From Candidatus Cloacimonadales bacterium (GTDB lineage Bacteria; Cloacimonadota; Cloacimonadia; Cloacimonadales; JAFGVF01), in the NCBI GenBank assembly GCA_963663475.2, contig CAXXJV010000001.1:128001-192000 (forward strand): a stretch of 64,000 nt of DNA, given 5' to 3'. A program made the translations under genes and the position numbers. Below are positions 1-10,475 of the stretch, piece after piece. The notes beneath the pieces are model-generated. The model ran no database searches. It saw nothing but the letters and a program-made list of their open reading frames with translations, and was not told the origin of the DNA. The number at the start of each line of letters is the position of its first letter. Within the stretch, counting starts at the first letter, position 1.

Positions 1-129
1 CAAAAACAGTTCTATTTTGTTATTGCCTACCCAACTGATGCTAGAACAGACATAGATGCATTTATCAATTCTCTTCGCTATATGACACGAGAAGGAATGG
101 TTGTTAAACTACCAAACTTAAACAAATAA
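1..129 (+). CDS. 3' end of an unidentified CDS (partial)
   Basis: Frame 1 is open from base 1 to TAA at 127-129 (QKQFYFVIAYPTDARTDIDAF...KLPNLNK*) and is followed by a terminator. Confidence 0.6.
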   Translation, partial: QKQFYFVIAYPTDARTDIDAFINSLRYMTREGMVVKLPNLNK

Positions 130-153
130 AGTAAAAACAAAACTTAGATACTT

Positions 154-189
154 AAGAGTGATGGAATTTATTCTATCACTCTTCTTTTT
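154..189 (+). terminator. Rho-independent terminator
   Basis: Hairpin AAGAGTGATGGAAT/ATTCTATCACTCTT followed by CTTTTT. Confidence 0.7.
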
Positions 190-214
190 GTTATTTACCC
201 TTGGTCAGTAAAAA

Positions 215-237
215 GGGCGTATGCAATACGCCCCTAC
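215..237 (-). repeat. GTAG-type REP palindrome
   Basis: Minus strand reads GTAG-GGGCGTATTGCATACGCCC, a tetranucleotide foot plus hairpin. Confidence 0.6.
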
Positions 238-300
238 AAAATTTGTATAAAAGGAAATGCTTTCAAAAAATGCAGACATTCCCAGTAATAATATTAAAAT

Positions 301-756
301 CTACTCATACTTCTCCAATCTTGCACTTATTTTCTTAACATGACCTATTTCTTGTAGTCTTAAATCTTCAAAGACCTTGAGAGCAAAATCATCCAAAGCA
401 GTAAAAGTTTTAAACATTTCATAAGCTTTTGCAGTATTTTTTTCTCTATTTAAGGCAATATTTAGTACATCAACAGCTGAGAAAGATGATTTTATTTCAT
501 CAGTATTTATCAACATATCTAGCAGTGCCTTTTCCATATTAATAGTTTTTTCAAGTTCTTCTTTACTAAGTACTCCCTCTTCCAGCAGACCTCTTAATCT
601 ATTATAGTGTCCAGTCTCTTCTGTAGCTAATTGACTAAGAACATCTTTAACCTCTGGGTCATTTACTATTTCACTAGCTTTTTCATAGAAAGAAAAGCTC
701 TCTAGTTCTATCTTTTCAGCATATTCAATAATTTCTTTTAAGTTTAATTCTCTCAT
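301..756 (-). CDS. Rubrerythrin/ferritin-like diiron protein
   Basis: Two ExxH motifs (EETGH, QEIGH) in a four-helix pattern. Confidence 0.85.
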   Translation of the reverse strand: MRELNLKEIIEYAEKIELESFSFYEKASEIVNDPEVKDVLSQLATEETGHYNRLRGLLEEGVLSKEELEKTINMEKALLDMLINTDEIKSSFSAVDVLNIALNREKNTAKAYEMFKTFTALDDFALKVFEDLRLQEIGHVKKISARLEKYE

Positions 757-922
757 GGTTCCTCCTGAAAGTTTTATTTATTCTTGCCACCCCTGTGTCC
801 CCCACTTAAGAGGGGAATAAGAGGTTTCTATAACGACATGAGTGCCTTTGACAACTCATGCTTTTGCAGGACATTCTTCTTTGTGTAATTCGTGTAACTC
901 GTGGATAGATTCTTTCATACTC

Positions 923-2728
923 TTATTTCTTCTGTTCATTCAAGTATTTATCCATCGCTTTGGCAGCTACATGACCGTTAGCTACACCATTAATTACATC
1001 AGGTCCTTTAATGATATCTCCACCCACAAATAGCCAATCTAAAGATGATTGGAAGCCTTGATTTACCTCAATTCGTCCACGAGGTCCAAACTTTAATTTC
1101 TCTTTCATGTCATCAGAAATATAAGATAAATCCATACCTTGACCAATAGATTCTACTATCATATCAGCTTCAAGGAAGATCTTTTCATTAGCATCAAACT
1201 TAGGATTAAAAGCACCTGCTTTATCAAAGACTGAAAGACATTTAATAAGGTGTAAGCCTTTAATTTTACCATTTTCGATTTCAATTTCTTGTGGTCCCCA
1301 CCCAGGTTCAATAACAGCTTTTTCTTCTCTGGATTCAATGATTTCTTCTCTATCTGCAGGCATAATATCTTCAGTTTCAAGACTTGTAGTCGTGATATCA
1401 ACTTTGCCATATTTGAGGTTTTGAAGTCTAGCTAAAGTCCTTGTAATATCCATAGCCACATTACCACCTCCGATAACTACTATTTTTTTACCCACAGGAA
1501 TAGCTTCTCCTAGAGTAAATTTTCTTAATAAATCAGTAGCAAAATATACTTCCGAATTATCAGAACCTGGTATTCTGGTAGATCTACCTAAATGAAGACC
1601 AGTAGCTGCATAAACAGCAGAATATTCTTTATGTAAGTCTTCTAAAGGAATGTCTTGTCCGATTCTGCTATTAAATTGAATCTCAACTCCCAGTGATTTG
1701 ATATAATCGATATCTTTGTTTATTTGATCATAAGGAAGCCTATATTCAGGTATCCCATAGCGCATCATCCCACCAGAATCAGGTAAGGCTTCGAAAATTT
1801 TAACTTGATACCCTAAAATCGCCAAATAGTAGGCTGCAGAAAGTCCAGAAGGTCCTGCCCCGATTATGGCAATCTTATGACCGATTTTTGGATCAGCAAG
1901 ATGATTACTACCTAAGACTTCTTGATATTTATCAGCAGGAATCTGATCTGCTATATATCTCTTTAACCAACGAATAGCTATTGCCTCTCCCTTATTATGT
2001 AGTGCACAAGCAGTCTCGCACTTATGAGTACAAATACGACCACATATTTCAGGTAAAGGATTAGTTTCATAGAGAATTCTAAAAGCTTCTTCTATATTAT
2101 CTTCTCTGAGAGCTGCAATATAAGCAGGTATATCCATGTGAGCAGGACAAGTAGCTGTGCATAATCCACACTCTAAACATCTGTCTGCTTCCAGCATTGC
2201 TTGCTCTTTATTATAACCTTTTACTATTTCAATAAATGATTTATCTCTATCTTCTGGAGCTAACTCTTCCATTTCTATTCTATCAAAATTGATTAAAGCT
2301 ATATCTTCTGAGCGAGAATAACCCTTCTCATCATCCTGCCATTTAGTCTTATCTGCACCAGGAGTGAATCTAAATACTTCAGGATCATCGTCAATCCAGA
2401 TATACTCATTGGACATGGTTAGGGCTCCAGTTGGGCAAACATCTACGCACAAAGCACACCAACAACATCTACCATAGTCTATCCGAGGCCTCAAACCACT
2501 GTTACCATCGGTAACCTCTTGCCCTTCTACATGCACTAAATCAATAGCTGCATTTTGACAAATCTCTTCACAAGATCCGCAACCAATACACTTTGAGAAA
2601 TCATTCTGGTGAAATCCCCTGTAGTTATCTGCTCCTGGTCTATCTTTTATAGGATCTTTAACCGTCCATGTTTCTTCAGCTATGCGTTTCCATATTGTTA
2701 ATGGTTGAATTATATCTTTTAATTTCAT
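923..2728 (-). CDS. NuoI/MbxN-like 2x[4Fe-4S] domain fused to a GltD/SudA-like FAD/NAD(P)H oxidoreductase
   Basis: N-terminal CIGCGSCEEIC and CCWCALCVDVCP; then RCLEC..C...CP, GAGPSG, GGMMRYGIPEYRLP and GGGNVAMD. Confidence 0.85.
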   Translation of the reverse strand: MKLKDIIQPLTIWKRIAEETWTVKDPIKDRPGADNYRGFHQNDFSKCIGCGSCEEICQNAAIDLVHVEGQEVTDGNSGLRPRIDYGRCCWCALCVDVCPTGALTMSNEYIWIDDDPEVFRFTPGADKTKWQDDEKGYSRSEDIALINFDRIEMEELAPEDRDKSFIEIVKGYNKEQAMLEADRCLECGLCTATCPAHMDIPAYIAALREDNIEEAFRILYETNPLPEICGRICTHKCETACALHNKGEAIAIRWLKRYIADQIPADKYQEVLGSNHLADPKIGHKIAIIGAGPSGLSAAYYLAILGYQVKIFEALPDSGGMMRYGIPEYRLPYDQINKDIDYIKSLGVEIQFNSRIGQDIPLEDLHKEYSAVYAATGLHLGRSTRIPGSDNSEVYFATDLLRKFTLGEAIPVGKKIVVIGGGNVAMDITRTLARLQNLKYGKVDITTTSLETEDIMPADREEIIESREEKAVIEPGWGPQEIEIENGKIKGLHLIKCLSVFDKAGAFNPKFDANEKIFLEADMIVESIGQGMDLSYISDDMKEKLKFGPRGRIEVNQGFQSSLDWLFVGGDIIKGPDVINGVANGHVAAKAMDKYLNEQKK

Positions 2729-2730
2729 TA

Positions 2731-3933
2731 TTACCTCTCAATTTCTGGTGGACATGTATGAAGTGAAACCATCAAAGCTGCTAAATCAGATATTGTGATA
2801 TTTACAGCCAACTTCTCTAAGACTGATATAGCATGGGTATAACTAGCTCCTCTAGCAAAGACTCTGCGAGGATATTTACTACCATCGGAAACCATGTAAA
2901 ATCCGTGTTCACCACGAGTTGATTCAGCCTTAACATAGGTCTGACCTGCAGGTATTTTCCAATGAAGAACATTGGGTAGTTTTGTCTGAATCTCCCCCTT
3001 CTGAGGAATTTTATCTATAATCTGCTTTACTAATTTAAGACTTTGTAATAGTTCTTGCAAACGAAGTTCTGCCCTATCATAAGCATCGCCAATATCAGAT
3101 GTTAACATCTGGATATCTAATTCTGAATATTTAAGATAAGGTTGATTGATTCTAATATCATCAGCAATTCCAGAAGCTCTAGCACTAGGTCCGACTATGC
3201 CATATTGGCTTACCATCTCCTTAGTGATAATCCCTAGGCCTTTCAATCTAGCCTTTGCGATAGCATTATTGAAAAATACTCTTTCAATATCATCTAATAA
3301 TTGGTAAGTTCTATCAACAGTTTTTAGCAATCTTTCTCTAAAACCTAGAGGCAAATCTTTACGAACACCACCAGGTATCATATACATATGATAAATCCTT
3401 CCCCCTGTCATCTCTTCAAAAAGATCCAACCAGTAATCTCTCATAGCAACTGTCCACTGACCTATTGCTCCCATTCCCAGAGAACCAGCTTGTCCTCCTA
3501 ACCACATTAAGAATCCAGCAACCCGAGACATTTCTAGATTTAATGTTCTTAGCCAAGCAGCTTTTTCTGGTATTTTTATTCCAGCTAGTTCTTCCATAGC
3601 TGCAGAGACACAATATTCATTAGTATCAGGTTCAGGGACACATATCCGACAGACAATAGGAAAACATTGAATATATCTTCTGCGTTCCATTAATTTCTCA
3701 AAACCTCTATGGAGATAGCCTACATGGGTCTTAGCATCTACGATTTCATCGCCATTTACAAGAATCTCAACTGACATATTACCTGTTACACCAGGATGTT
3801 GAGGACCTTGCCATATCCTAGTAAACTTATGAGAATCTATATCAATCACTGGCTTCCCATCCTGCATCTCAGGGTACTTAGATCTATCTGCTATAAAATC
3901 TTTATATTTGCTTTCAGATAATTTACTCATCAT
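2731..3933 (-). CDS. nuoD: NuoD-family subunit (MbxL/MbsL type)
   Basis: GPQHPG, GYLHRGFEKL, RICVPE, ESTRGE and C-terminal CPPEIER. Confidence 0.85.
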   Translation of the reverse strand: MMSKLSESKYKDFIADRSKYPEMQDGKPVIDIDSHKFTRIWQGPQHPGVTGNMSVEILVNGDEIVDAKTHVGYLHRGFEKLMERRRYIQCFPIVCRICVPEPDTNEYCVSAAMEELAGIKIPEKAAWLRTLNLEMSRVAGFLMWLGGQAGSLGMGAIGQWTVAMRDYWLDLFEEMTGGRIYHMYMIPGGVRKDLPLGFRERLLKTVDRTYQLLDDIERVFFNNAIAKARLKGLGIITKEMVSQYGIVGPSARASGIADDIRINQPYLKYSELDIQMLTSDIGDAYDRAELRLQELLQSLKLVKQIIDKIPQKGEIQTKLPNVLHWKIPAGQTYVKAESTRGEHGFYMVSDGSKYPRRVFARGASYTHAISVLEKLAVNITISDLAALMVSLHTCPPEIER

Positions 3934-4483
3934 CCCTCCTAATTTTTGGGGACTGTGGATAGTCTGGATATTTTTCTTTTTTCATTACTTCTTTAGGGTC
4001 AAAAGTTTGTCTTCCTGGTCTTTGATAGTAAGTTTTTTCTGAATAGGCTAAGGTATCAAAATCTCGTCTCATTGGAGGCATCTCTTCCCAACTCTCCATA
4101 ATGAATGCTTCATGCACTCGTGGGGAATTAGGAAAATCTATACCAAACATCTCATATAATTCTCTTTGATATTGCCAAGCATGATCCCATATTTGATGAA
4201 TAGAGTACATTGAAGCTTGATCCCTATCGATATAAACATTAAGAGCTAAATTGCCTTTAAGTTCATAGTTATAAAGCATATATGTTAGCATAAACTTATT
4301 CTCTTCTAAATAATCAACAGCTTGTAGGAAGGCTAAGTGTTTGAAAGCTAATTGATTCTTAAGGTAATTCAAGGCCATAACTAAGTGTTCTTTATCTATG
4401 GTAATAAAAGCAAGATCTGATCTTTTTTCATCCACCTCTATGATATCTACCATTTTACCTAATCTATTTATAATATCTTTCAT
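3923..4483 (-). CDS. nuoC: NuoC-family subunit (MbxK)
   Basis: QRELYEMFGIDF...PPMRRDF motif; operon position. Confidence 0.85.
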   Translation of the reverse strand: MKDIINRLGKMVDIIEVDEKRSDLAFITIDKEHLVMALNYLKNQLAFKHLAFLQAVDYLEENKFMLTYMLYNYELKGNLALNVYIDRDQASMYSIHQIWDHAWQYQRELYEMFGIDFPNSPRVHEAFIMESWEEMPPMRRDFDTLAYSEKTYYQRPGRQTFDPKEVMKKEKYPDYPQSPKIRRDDE

Positions 4484-4491
4484 TTTATCTC

Positions 4492-5133
4492 CTACCAGTT
4501 ATAGTCTGGCATATTCCAGTCTTTGATTATTTTCTTTTGATTAGCCTTATACCAATCAAAATTATCAGCATACTTATTCATTCCATCACATTGACCAGCC
4601 TGTATCTTCTTCTTAAGTCCATTAAAACCCGCGATTAAGGCTTCTGGTCTTGGCATACAACCAGTAACATAAATATCAACAGGGATATAGTAATCTATTC
4701 TATTTATAGTGTTGTAAGAATCATAATACATACCACCATTGATAGTACAAGAACCTAGAGCAATGACATATTTTGGACCCTGCATTTGCTCATAAGATCT
4801 TACTATTCTCTTAATAGTTTTTAAAGAAGCATAACCTCCAATTATGAAAACATTTGCTTGTCTAGGACTAGGTCTGCCAGCTATTCCATATCTAAAAGCA
4901 TCAAATCTTGCTGTCATCAAAGGACGTAATTCAATAGCTCCACAACCAGTTCCATAAGCTAAAATCCATAGAGACCTAGCCCTTGCCCAATTAAGGAATT
5001 GTTCTAAATACTTGTTCAAAGGTTCTATTCTCGAAGGTCTGTCATCAGCAAACAGGTCTCTCTCATGTTCAGGAAGGCCTGCATTTGCTAATTTCATTTC
5101 TCTTTCAATGTCTTTAATATCTTTATCTTTCAT
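4492..5133 (-). CDS. nuoB: NuoB-family Fe-S subunit (MbxJ)
   Basis: GTGCGAIE, SPRQA, ALGSC...GG and PVDIYVTGCMPRPE. Confidence 0.9.
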   Translation of the reverse strand: MKDKDIKDIEREMKLANAGLPEHERDLFADDRPSRIEPLNKYLEQFLNWARARSLWILAYGTGCGAIELRPLMTARFDAFRYGIAGRPSPRQANVFIIGGYASLKTIKRIVRSYEQMQGPKYVIALGSCTINGGMYYDSYNTINRIDYYIPVDIYVTGCMPRPEALIAGFNGLKKKIQAGQCDGMNKYADNFDWYKANQKKIIKDWNMPDYNW

Positions 5134-5142
5134 CTTAACTCC

Positions 5143-6054
5143 TTAAAAGTAAGCAATGATTATAACTGAAAGAATACCAATTAATGTAGGTACTCGTAAA
5201 AAGAATCTGAATGCTTGTTCTGGTCTAAATCTAGGGAAAGCAGCTCCGACAAAGACAGAGAACATGTAGATACAGAAGGTTTTTATCATCATAATAAACA
5301 AGTTACTTGCTCCACCAAAGAAGAGATTCATAAAAAGAACTAGTTTGGCTGAAGCAAAGAGAGCTCTATTAGTCTGTAATGTTCCCAAAAAGCTTCCATT
5401 CATTTCAATTGGAGGGCCAATAGGTATCTCTTGGGGGGCTAATACTAGAGAGAAAGGAGCATGCATATTCATCCCTAAAAGTGATATCATTGCTGCTATT
5501 ACTGCTAAAGGATTAGTAAAAAGGGTCCAGTTCAATATACCCCCTTGCTGAGCTGCCACAATACTAGTAATATTTAAGGTCTGATATTGAATAGCAATTG
5601 AGATAACTGCTAAAGAAAATGGCAACTCAAAAGTCGACATCTGAGATAATCCCCGAGCTATTCCTAAAGGTGAATACGGGTGACCTCCTTCTCCAGCACC
5701 TAAAGCCATTCCTAACTGACCAAAGAATATAAAATACATAACTAGTAAAAGATCACCTGCCATAGAGTAATTACTAAAAACAACTGATTCATATATTACA
5801 GGTATAAAAAGGAATGTTCCCATACCACCTGCAAGTCTAAAGACTGGTCCTAAAAAGAACATATATCCATGTGATGTAGCAACTTTTCTACCATGAGTTT
5901 GAATTATATCTAAAATAGGTTGCCAGACTGGTGCCCCATGTCTTCTGTGGACACGAGCATAAATCTTTCTGACTGTTCCTACCAAAAATAAACCATATAT
6001 TGTTGCAACTAATATTGAAATTACAGCATAAAGCATTTTAATTAATATTTCCAT
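5143..6054 (-). CDS. nuoH: NuoH-family membrane subunit (MbxM)
   Basis: RKIYARVHRRHG.P..QP, PF...APQEI..GP..E and PRFR motifs; hydrophobic. Confidence 0.85.
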   Translation of the reverse strand: MEILIKMLYAVISILVATIYGLFLVGTVRKIYARVHRRHGAPVWQPILDIIQTHGRKVATSHGYMFFLGPVFRLAGGMGTFLFIPVIYESVVFSNYSMAGDLLLVMYFIFFGQLGMALGAGEGGHPYSPLGIARGLSQMSTFELPFSLAVISIAIQYQTLNITSIVAAQQGGILNWTLFTNPLAVIAAMISLLGMNMHAPFSLVLAPQEIPIGPPIEMNGSFLGTLQTNRALFASAKLVLFMNLFFGGASNLFIMMIKTFCIYMFSVFVGAAFPRFRPEQAFRFFLRVPTLIGILSVIIIAYF

Positions 6055-6057
6055 AAT

Positions 6058-9000
6058 TTAAACTCCTAAGAAAAATACTATTATAAAGAAAAGTATAATA
6101 TGTAACAAGTAGCTTTGCCCATTACCTGAATAGATTCTTCGGCTTACATCAGCTAGGGTATGTGACCACTCAGCACAAGCTTGCCAGAAATCTGAAATTC
6201 TTGGTTTTCCCCAAGCTCCTAAAGCCTTCCTATAATGAGCAAACATATTATGAGCTACATGGGTAGTTTGAGGCTTGTCGGGCCTTTCAGCAGCATAAAC
6301 AATGTTAAATTGCTTGACTTTTGTTATCTTACCAATAAAGAGTATTAAGAAGAAGAGAGGAACTATAAAGACACCCATTGTTACCAACATGATTAAATTA
6401 CCATTCCAGTGTCCATATGAACTATAAACATTATATCCATCTACAATAATATTTGAGTTAAAATACTTTCCAGCCATAGCACTTAAAGGTCTTATAAGTA
6501 AATTAGGGAAAGTAGATAGCAACATTATTGCACCTATGTAAATATACTGGGGAAGTATAAACCAGATTGGGGCTTCTTTTACATTCTTATGCTCATGTTT
6601 AGCCTGTCCAAGGAATACACTATGAATCAACCTATATAAGTATAAGAAAGAAACAGCTGAAGCAAAGAATAAAACTCCTGCCTGTAAATACCAACCTCTT
6701 TCTATAAAAGAAGAATACATCAACCATTTCGAACCAAAACCAGATAATGGCGGAACTCCTGAAACAGCTATGATTGATATCAAGACACTTATAAAGGATA
6801 GTGGCATTTTCTTGATCAATCCCCCCATTTCATACATGTTACGTGTATGGGTTCTATAATAAATACCTGCAATTGCAATAAAAAGAGCAGACTTAAACAT
6901 CATATGATTAAGAGAGAGATAGAAGGCTGATACCCAGCCTAAATGACTTAGCATAGAAGCAGCAGCAATTATATAACCAACCTGACTCATGCTCGAATAA
7001 GCTAACAGGCGTTTCATGTCTTCTTGGAAAGCAGCTAAAAAAGCACCAACTAAGGCAGTGAAAACTCCAATCCAACCTATCCAATAATAAATATCTACCT
7101 GTGGACTATAAGCTACCGCAGAAATAGCTACTAAAAGAAATCCCCAGATACCTGCCTTTAACAAAATAGCAGAGATGAAGGAAGACACATCAGCTTCTGC
7201 TTCTGCATGAGCTTCTGGCAACCAGACATGTACTCCTAAAACTCCAGATTTTATCATAAAACCAACTGATAACAAGATAATTGAGACAAGGGGTAATTCT
7301 ATATAACTTAAAGACGTTATTAAAGGAATACCAGCAAGTATATTTGGAGCAAAAGCGAAACCAGATATCATAAGATAAGCTCCTGCCATTGAGAAAATCA
7401 TATACATTAAGGAAGCCTTAGCTGCACTTTTACCCCTCAAGATTAAGAGGAAGGATGAGATAGTCATTAACTCCCAGGAAAAGAAAAACTCTAGATAATT
7501 TGCAGCAATGAGTAGATTACCAAAAGACATAATCATCATTAGTAACAAACCATAAAAGCCAATAGAGAGGCCTTTTCTATTCAAGGTGCTTATAATATTA
7601 ATAGCTGAACCAACTATAAAGATAACCCCAAACAAGATTTGTATTGGATTGGAAAAATCAAAGTTGCTATATAAGTAATATGTATAAGCAACTAGTCCAG
7701 CTAATGTTAAAAAGCCCTTAACTTTGCTAGGTAAGAAATCAAGTAACAAGATAGCTAAAAGACCCATTATTGGAAGAAACATATTTACTTTTCCAGGGAA
7801 ATGGCTTGTTAAAAAACTTAAACCACTTGCTATAATTAGTAATACTAAACCATATAAAATGACTATCTGATTTCTGGTAAAGAATCTTCCATAAGCTATT
7901 TTTTCCTCTGTATCACTTTTAGCTACACCTATGAACCATCTGAAAAGATATACTATTTCTAAAAGAGAACCTAAAAGAATCATAATCATTAGTCCATAAG
8001 TCTCTTGACTTACTAAAGCTCTTATAAATGCCCATTTTGCCCAAAAACCAGCAAAAGGTGGCAAGCCTGCTAAAGCAAAAATTAATAAACCAAAAATAAG
8101 GAGTAAAGATTTATGATTCCTTAAACAAGCCCAGTCTTGCATTTTACTCTTATTTACGATTCCACTTAACCAGAAAAGACCAGCCTTAGCCAGTAAATGA
8201 TTTAAGAAGAATCCTCCAACAATTAACAAGCGAAGATTATTATCTAAGCCCTGACTAAAGATTATACTCCCCAAGAGTAGTCCTATCTGACCAATAGAAG
8301 AATATCCCAAAAGTCTCTGGCTATTTTCTTGCTTCAAAGCCATAAGATTGGAAGCTAAGAATGTTAACACAGCTATTATCCCAAAAATCTCTAAAAGATT
8401 AGCAGGAATTAATGGCATTATTTTATAAAACATAAAAACTATTGCTGTTGAATTTACAACTGATATTAAACTAGCAATACCTGGATTAGTAGCTTCATAT
8501 ACATCTAAAGCCCAACCATTAATAGGGAAAGACTTTAATTCAACTATCAGGCCAAAAGCTAACATATAAACAGCTATTATCCTGTAATCAGTAAAACTAA
8601 TGGAAATAAATTCAAGATTTAATGACCCGGTAAAGAAATAGATTAATACTATTCCTAACAAATAAAACAATGATGCTATACCGGTAGCTATCATATACTT
8701 AAACCCTGAACTTATGGAATTTCTCTCCCTACCCAATGTCACTAATACAAGAGTGGAAATCGATATAATTTCTAAGAAAACAAAGGAATTAAATAAATCC
8801 TGAGTTAAGACAATTCCATTTATTCCCAACATCATCAGTAGATATAATATCATAGCCGATACAGATTGTTTTTCAAATGCCTTACCAAGATATATTGCAG
8901 TCAAAAAAGCAATTAAATTAACAGCTAGTAAAATTACAACCTCTAATAATCCTAAGCTAAAATTTATCGATAAAGGAGCAATAAACCCTGCCGTATCAAA

Positions 9001-9180
9001 AGTTGACTGCCCTAAACCTTCATAGAAAATATTATATGTCCAACTTACTGAAATCAAGAGATTTGTTGCCACTATACCTAGAAAGATAGGATAAGAAACT
9101 TTCCGACTAAGTTTATCAAATAATGGTAAAGTAAAGGCTGCTATCAAGGATATTATTACGATATAGAGTGGATTTACCAT
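6058..9180 (-). CDS. mrpD: Tandem fusion of two MrpD/MrpA-type proton-conducting modules (MbxH+MbxH')
   Basis: Duplicated motif set: FVFLE/FFSWE, RLLGYSS/RLLAYSS, NH..K twice, GLPPFAGF/GVPPLSGF; 1040 aa. Confidence 0.85.
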   Translation of the reverse strand: MVNPLYIVIISLIAAFTLPLFDKLSRKVSYPIFLGIVATNLLISVSWTYNIFYEGLGQSTFDTAGFIAPLSINFSLGLLEVVILLAVNLIAFLTAIYLGKAFEKQSVSAMILYLLMMLGINGIVLTQDLFNSFVFLEIISISTLVLVTLGRERNSISSGFKYMIATGIASLFYLLGIVLIYFFTGSLNLEFISISFTDYRIIAVYMLAFGLIVELKSFPINGWALDVYEATNPGIASLISVVNSTAIVFMFYKIMPLIPANLLEIFGIIAVLTFLASNLMALKQENSQRLLGYSSIGQIGLLLGSIIFSQGLDNNLRLLIVGGFFLNHLLAKAGLFWLSGIVNKSKMQDWACLRNHKSLLLIFGLLIFALAGLPPFAGFWAKWAFIRALVSQETYGLMIMILLGSLLEIVYLFRWFIGVAKSDTEEKIAYGRFFTRNQIVILYGLVLLIIASGLSFLTSHFPGKVNMFLPIMGLLAILLLDFLPSKVKGFLTLAGLVAYTYYLYSNFDFSNPIQILFGVIFIVGSAINIISTLNRKGLSIGFYGLLLMMIMSFGNLLIAANYLEFFFSWELMTISSFLLILRGKSAAKASLMYMIFSMAGAYLMISGFAFAPNILAGIPLITSLSYIELPLVSIILLSVGFMIKSGVLGVHVWLPEAHAEAEADVSSFISAILLKAGIWGFLLVAISAVAYSPQVDIYYWIGWIGVFTALVGAFLAAFQEDMKRLLAYSSMSQVGYIIAAASMLSHLGWVSAFYLSLNHMMFKSALFIAIAGIYYRTHTRNMYEMGGLIKKMPLSFISVLISIIAVSGVPPLSGFGSKWLMYSSFIERGWYLQAGVLFFASAVSFLYLYRLIHSVFLGQAKHEHKNVKEAPIWFILPQYIYIGAIMLLSTFPNLLIRPLSAMAGKYFNSNIIVDGYNVYSSYGHWNGNLIMLVTMGVFIVPLFFLILFIGKITKVKQFNIVYAAERPDKPQTTHVAHNMFAHYRKALGAWGKPRISDFWQACAEWSHTLADVSRRIYSGNGQSYLLHIILFFIIVFFLGV

Positions 9181-9527
9181 TTTAACTCCTTATAATCATC
9201 TATGGAAAATGACCCCTTCTTCTTATGCATTTCAACTGCAAAAGCCAACATTAAAGCAGTAGTTGCCAATCCTATGACAATTGCTGTTAACACTAAAGCT
9301 GAAGGTATTGGATCTATTACCTCATTGATAGAATTACGTAAATTTACAGCTTTATCCAAAATAGGAGCAGTCCTCCCCTGTAAATAACCCAAAGAAACTA
9401 TTATAATATGTAAACCTGTATCTGCTATGGAAAATCCTAAGATGATTTTTATCAGATTCTTCTGTGAAAGCATAGCATAAATTCCTAATATAACTAATAT
9501 GAATCCCAAAATTAAAGTTTCTATCAT
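9174..9527 (-). CDS. mrpC: Na+/H+ antiporter subunit C
   Basis: KNLIKIILG and DPIPSALVLTAIVIG. Confidence 0.9.
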   Translation of the reverse strand: MIETLILGFILVILGIYAMLSQKNLIKIILGFSIADTGLHIIIVSLGYLQGRTAPILDKAVNLRNSINEVIDPIPSALVLTAIVIGLATTALMLAFAVEMHKKKGSFSIDDYKELKW

Positions 9528-10234
9528 CTTTCCCCCTTCACTGAACTTTCAGAGGATGTATGACTCCCCATCGTGTTAATAATATTTGTTAACTCAGAAC
9601 CAACCTTAAGACCTATCAAAGAATATATCACAGGAATAGCTCCAGCAGAAATTAAGCGTCCATAATCTCCCAAAGGTAAAATGCTTGGATTAAGAAAACC
9701 AATTGTCAATACTAAACCTACAAGCCCCAGCACTACATATATAAGCCCTGAAATCGACTCCACTAAAGTCAGTAATAGATGGCTAATCTTAAAACTTAAG
9801 TCTGATAAAATTAACAGAAGAAAACCAGAGGCAATTACGACTCCTCCTTGAAATCCTCCCCCAGGAGATAAATGCCCATGGGAAAAAATATAAACACCTA
9901 AGAGAATAATTAAAGCAACAAGAAAAGATGAGGTTGTTTTTAAGTTCTCTGAAACTTCCCTTTCTTCCAACTTTCTCTTTTTATTTTGTAGCAAAAAACC
10001 TACACCTAATGTTGCTAAGAATAAAACAGTAACCTCTCCAAGAGTATCAAGACCTCGGTAAGTTACCACAATAGATGTCACAACATTTGGCGAAGCTAAT
10101 TCAGCAAGAGAACCAGTTATATAAGACTTTGCCAATGGATTCAGTTCTTCCTGTCCTTGAAAATTACTAATCAATGGAAAAAATATAAGAATCAAGCCTA
10201 TGATTCCCATAATTGCTAATATTTTATTTATCAT
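9524..10234 (-). CDS. mrpB: Na+/H+ antiporter subunit B (MbxE+F-like)
   Basis: NVVTSIVVTYRGLDTLGE and GHLSPGGGFQGG. Confidence 0.9.
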   Translation of the reverse strand: MINKILAIMGIIGLILIFFPLISNFQGQEELNPLAKSYITGSLAELASPNVVTSIVVTYRGLDTLGEVTVLFLATLGVGFLLQNKKRKLEEREVSENLKTTSSFLVALIILLGVYIFSHGHLSPGGGFQGGVVIASGFLLLILSDLSFKISHLLLTLVESISGLIYVVLGLVGLVLTIGFLNPSILPLGDYGRLISAGAIPVIYSLIGLKVGSELTNIINTMGSHTSSESSVKGER

Positions 10235-10475
10235 CTTTTTCCCCCTTCCGCATCCTGTTCAAGGCATATAGAAATACTACTGTTGTTAAAGCTGAGCCAA
10301 TAGAAGCCTCTGTCATAGCAACATCTGGAGATCCTAAAAGGAGATATATTACACTAGCTAGCAAACTTATAACTCCTGCAGAAATAATTGCTGAGAATAA
10401 ATTCTTTTGAAAAATAGTGAATATTGCAGCAAATATCATGATAAGACCTAAGCCAATAATTATAAAATTCGTCAT
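10224..10475 (-). CDS. DUF4040/MbhD-type antiporter subunit
   Basis: PDVAMTEASIG motif. Confidence 0.85.
   Translation of the reverse strand: MTNFIIIGLGLIMIFAAIFTIFQKNLFSAIISAGVISLLASVIYLLLGSPDVAMTEASIGSALTTVVFLYALNRMRKGEKDDK

Noticed and set aside
2731-3933. Group 4 [NiFe]-hydrogenase large subunit or complex I NuoD
   Set aside because: Two metal-binding Cys are missing, no maturation genes are present, and the gene set is Mrp-type rather than NuoAJKLMN
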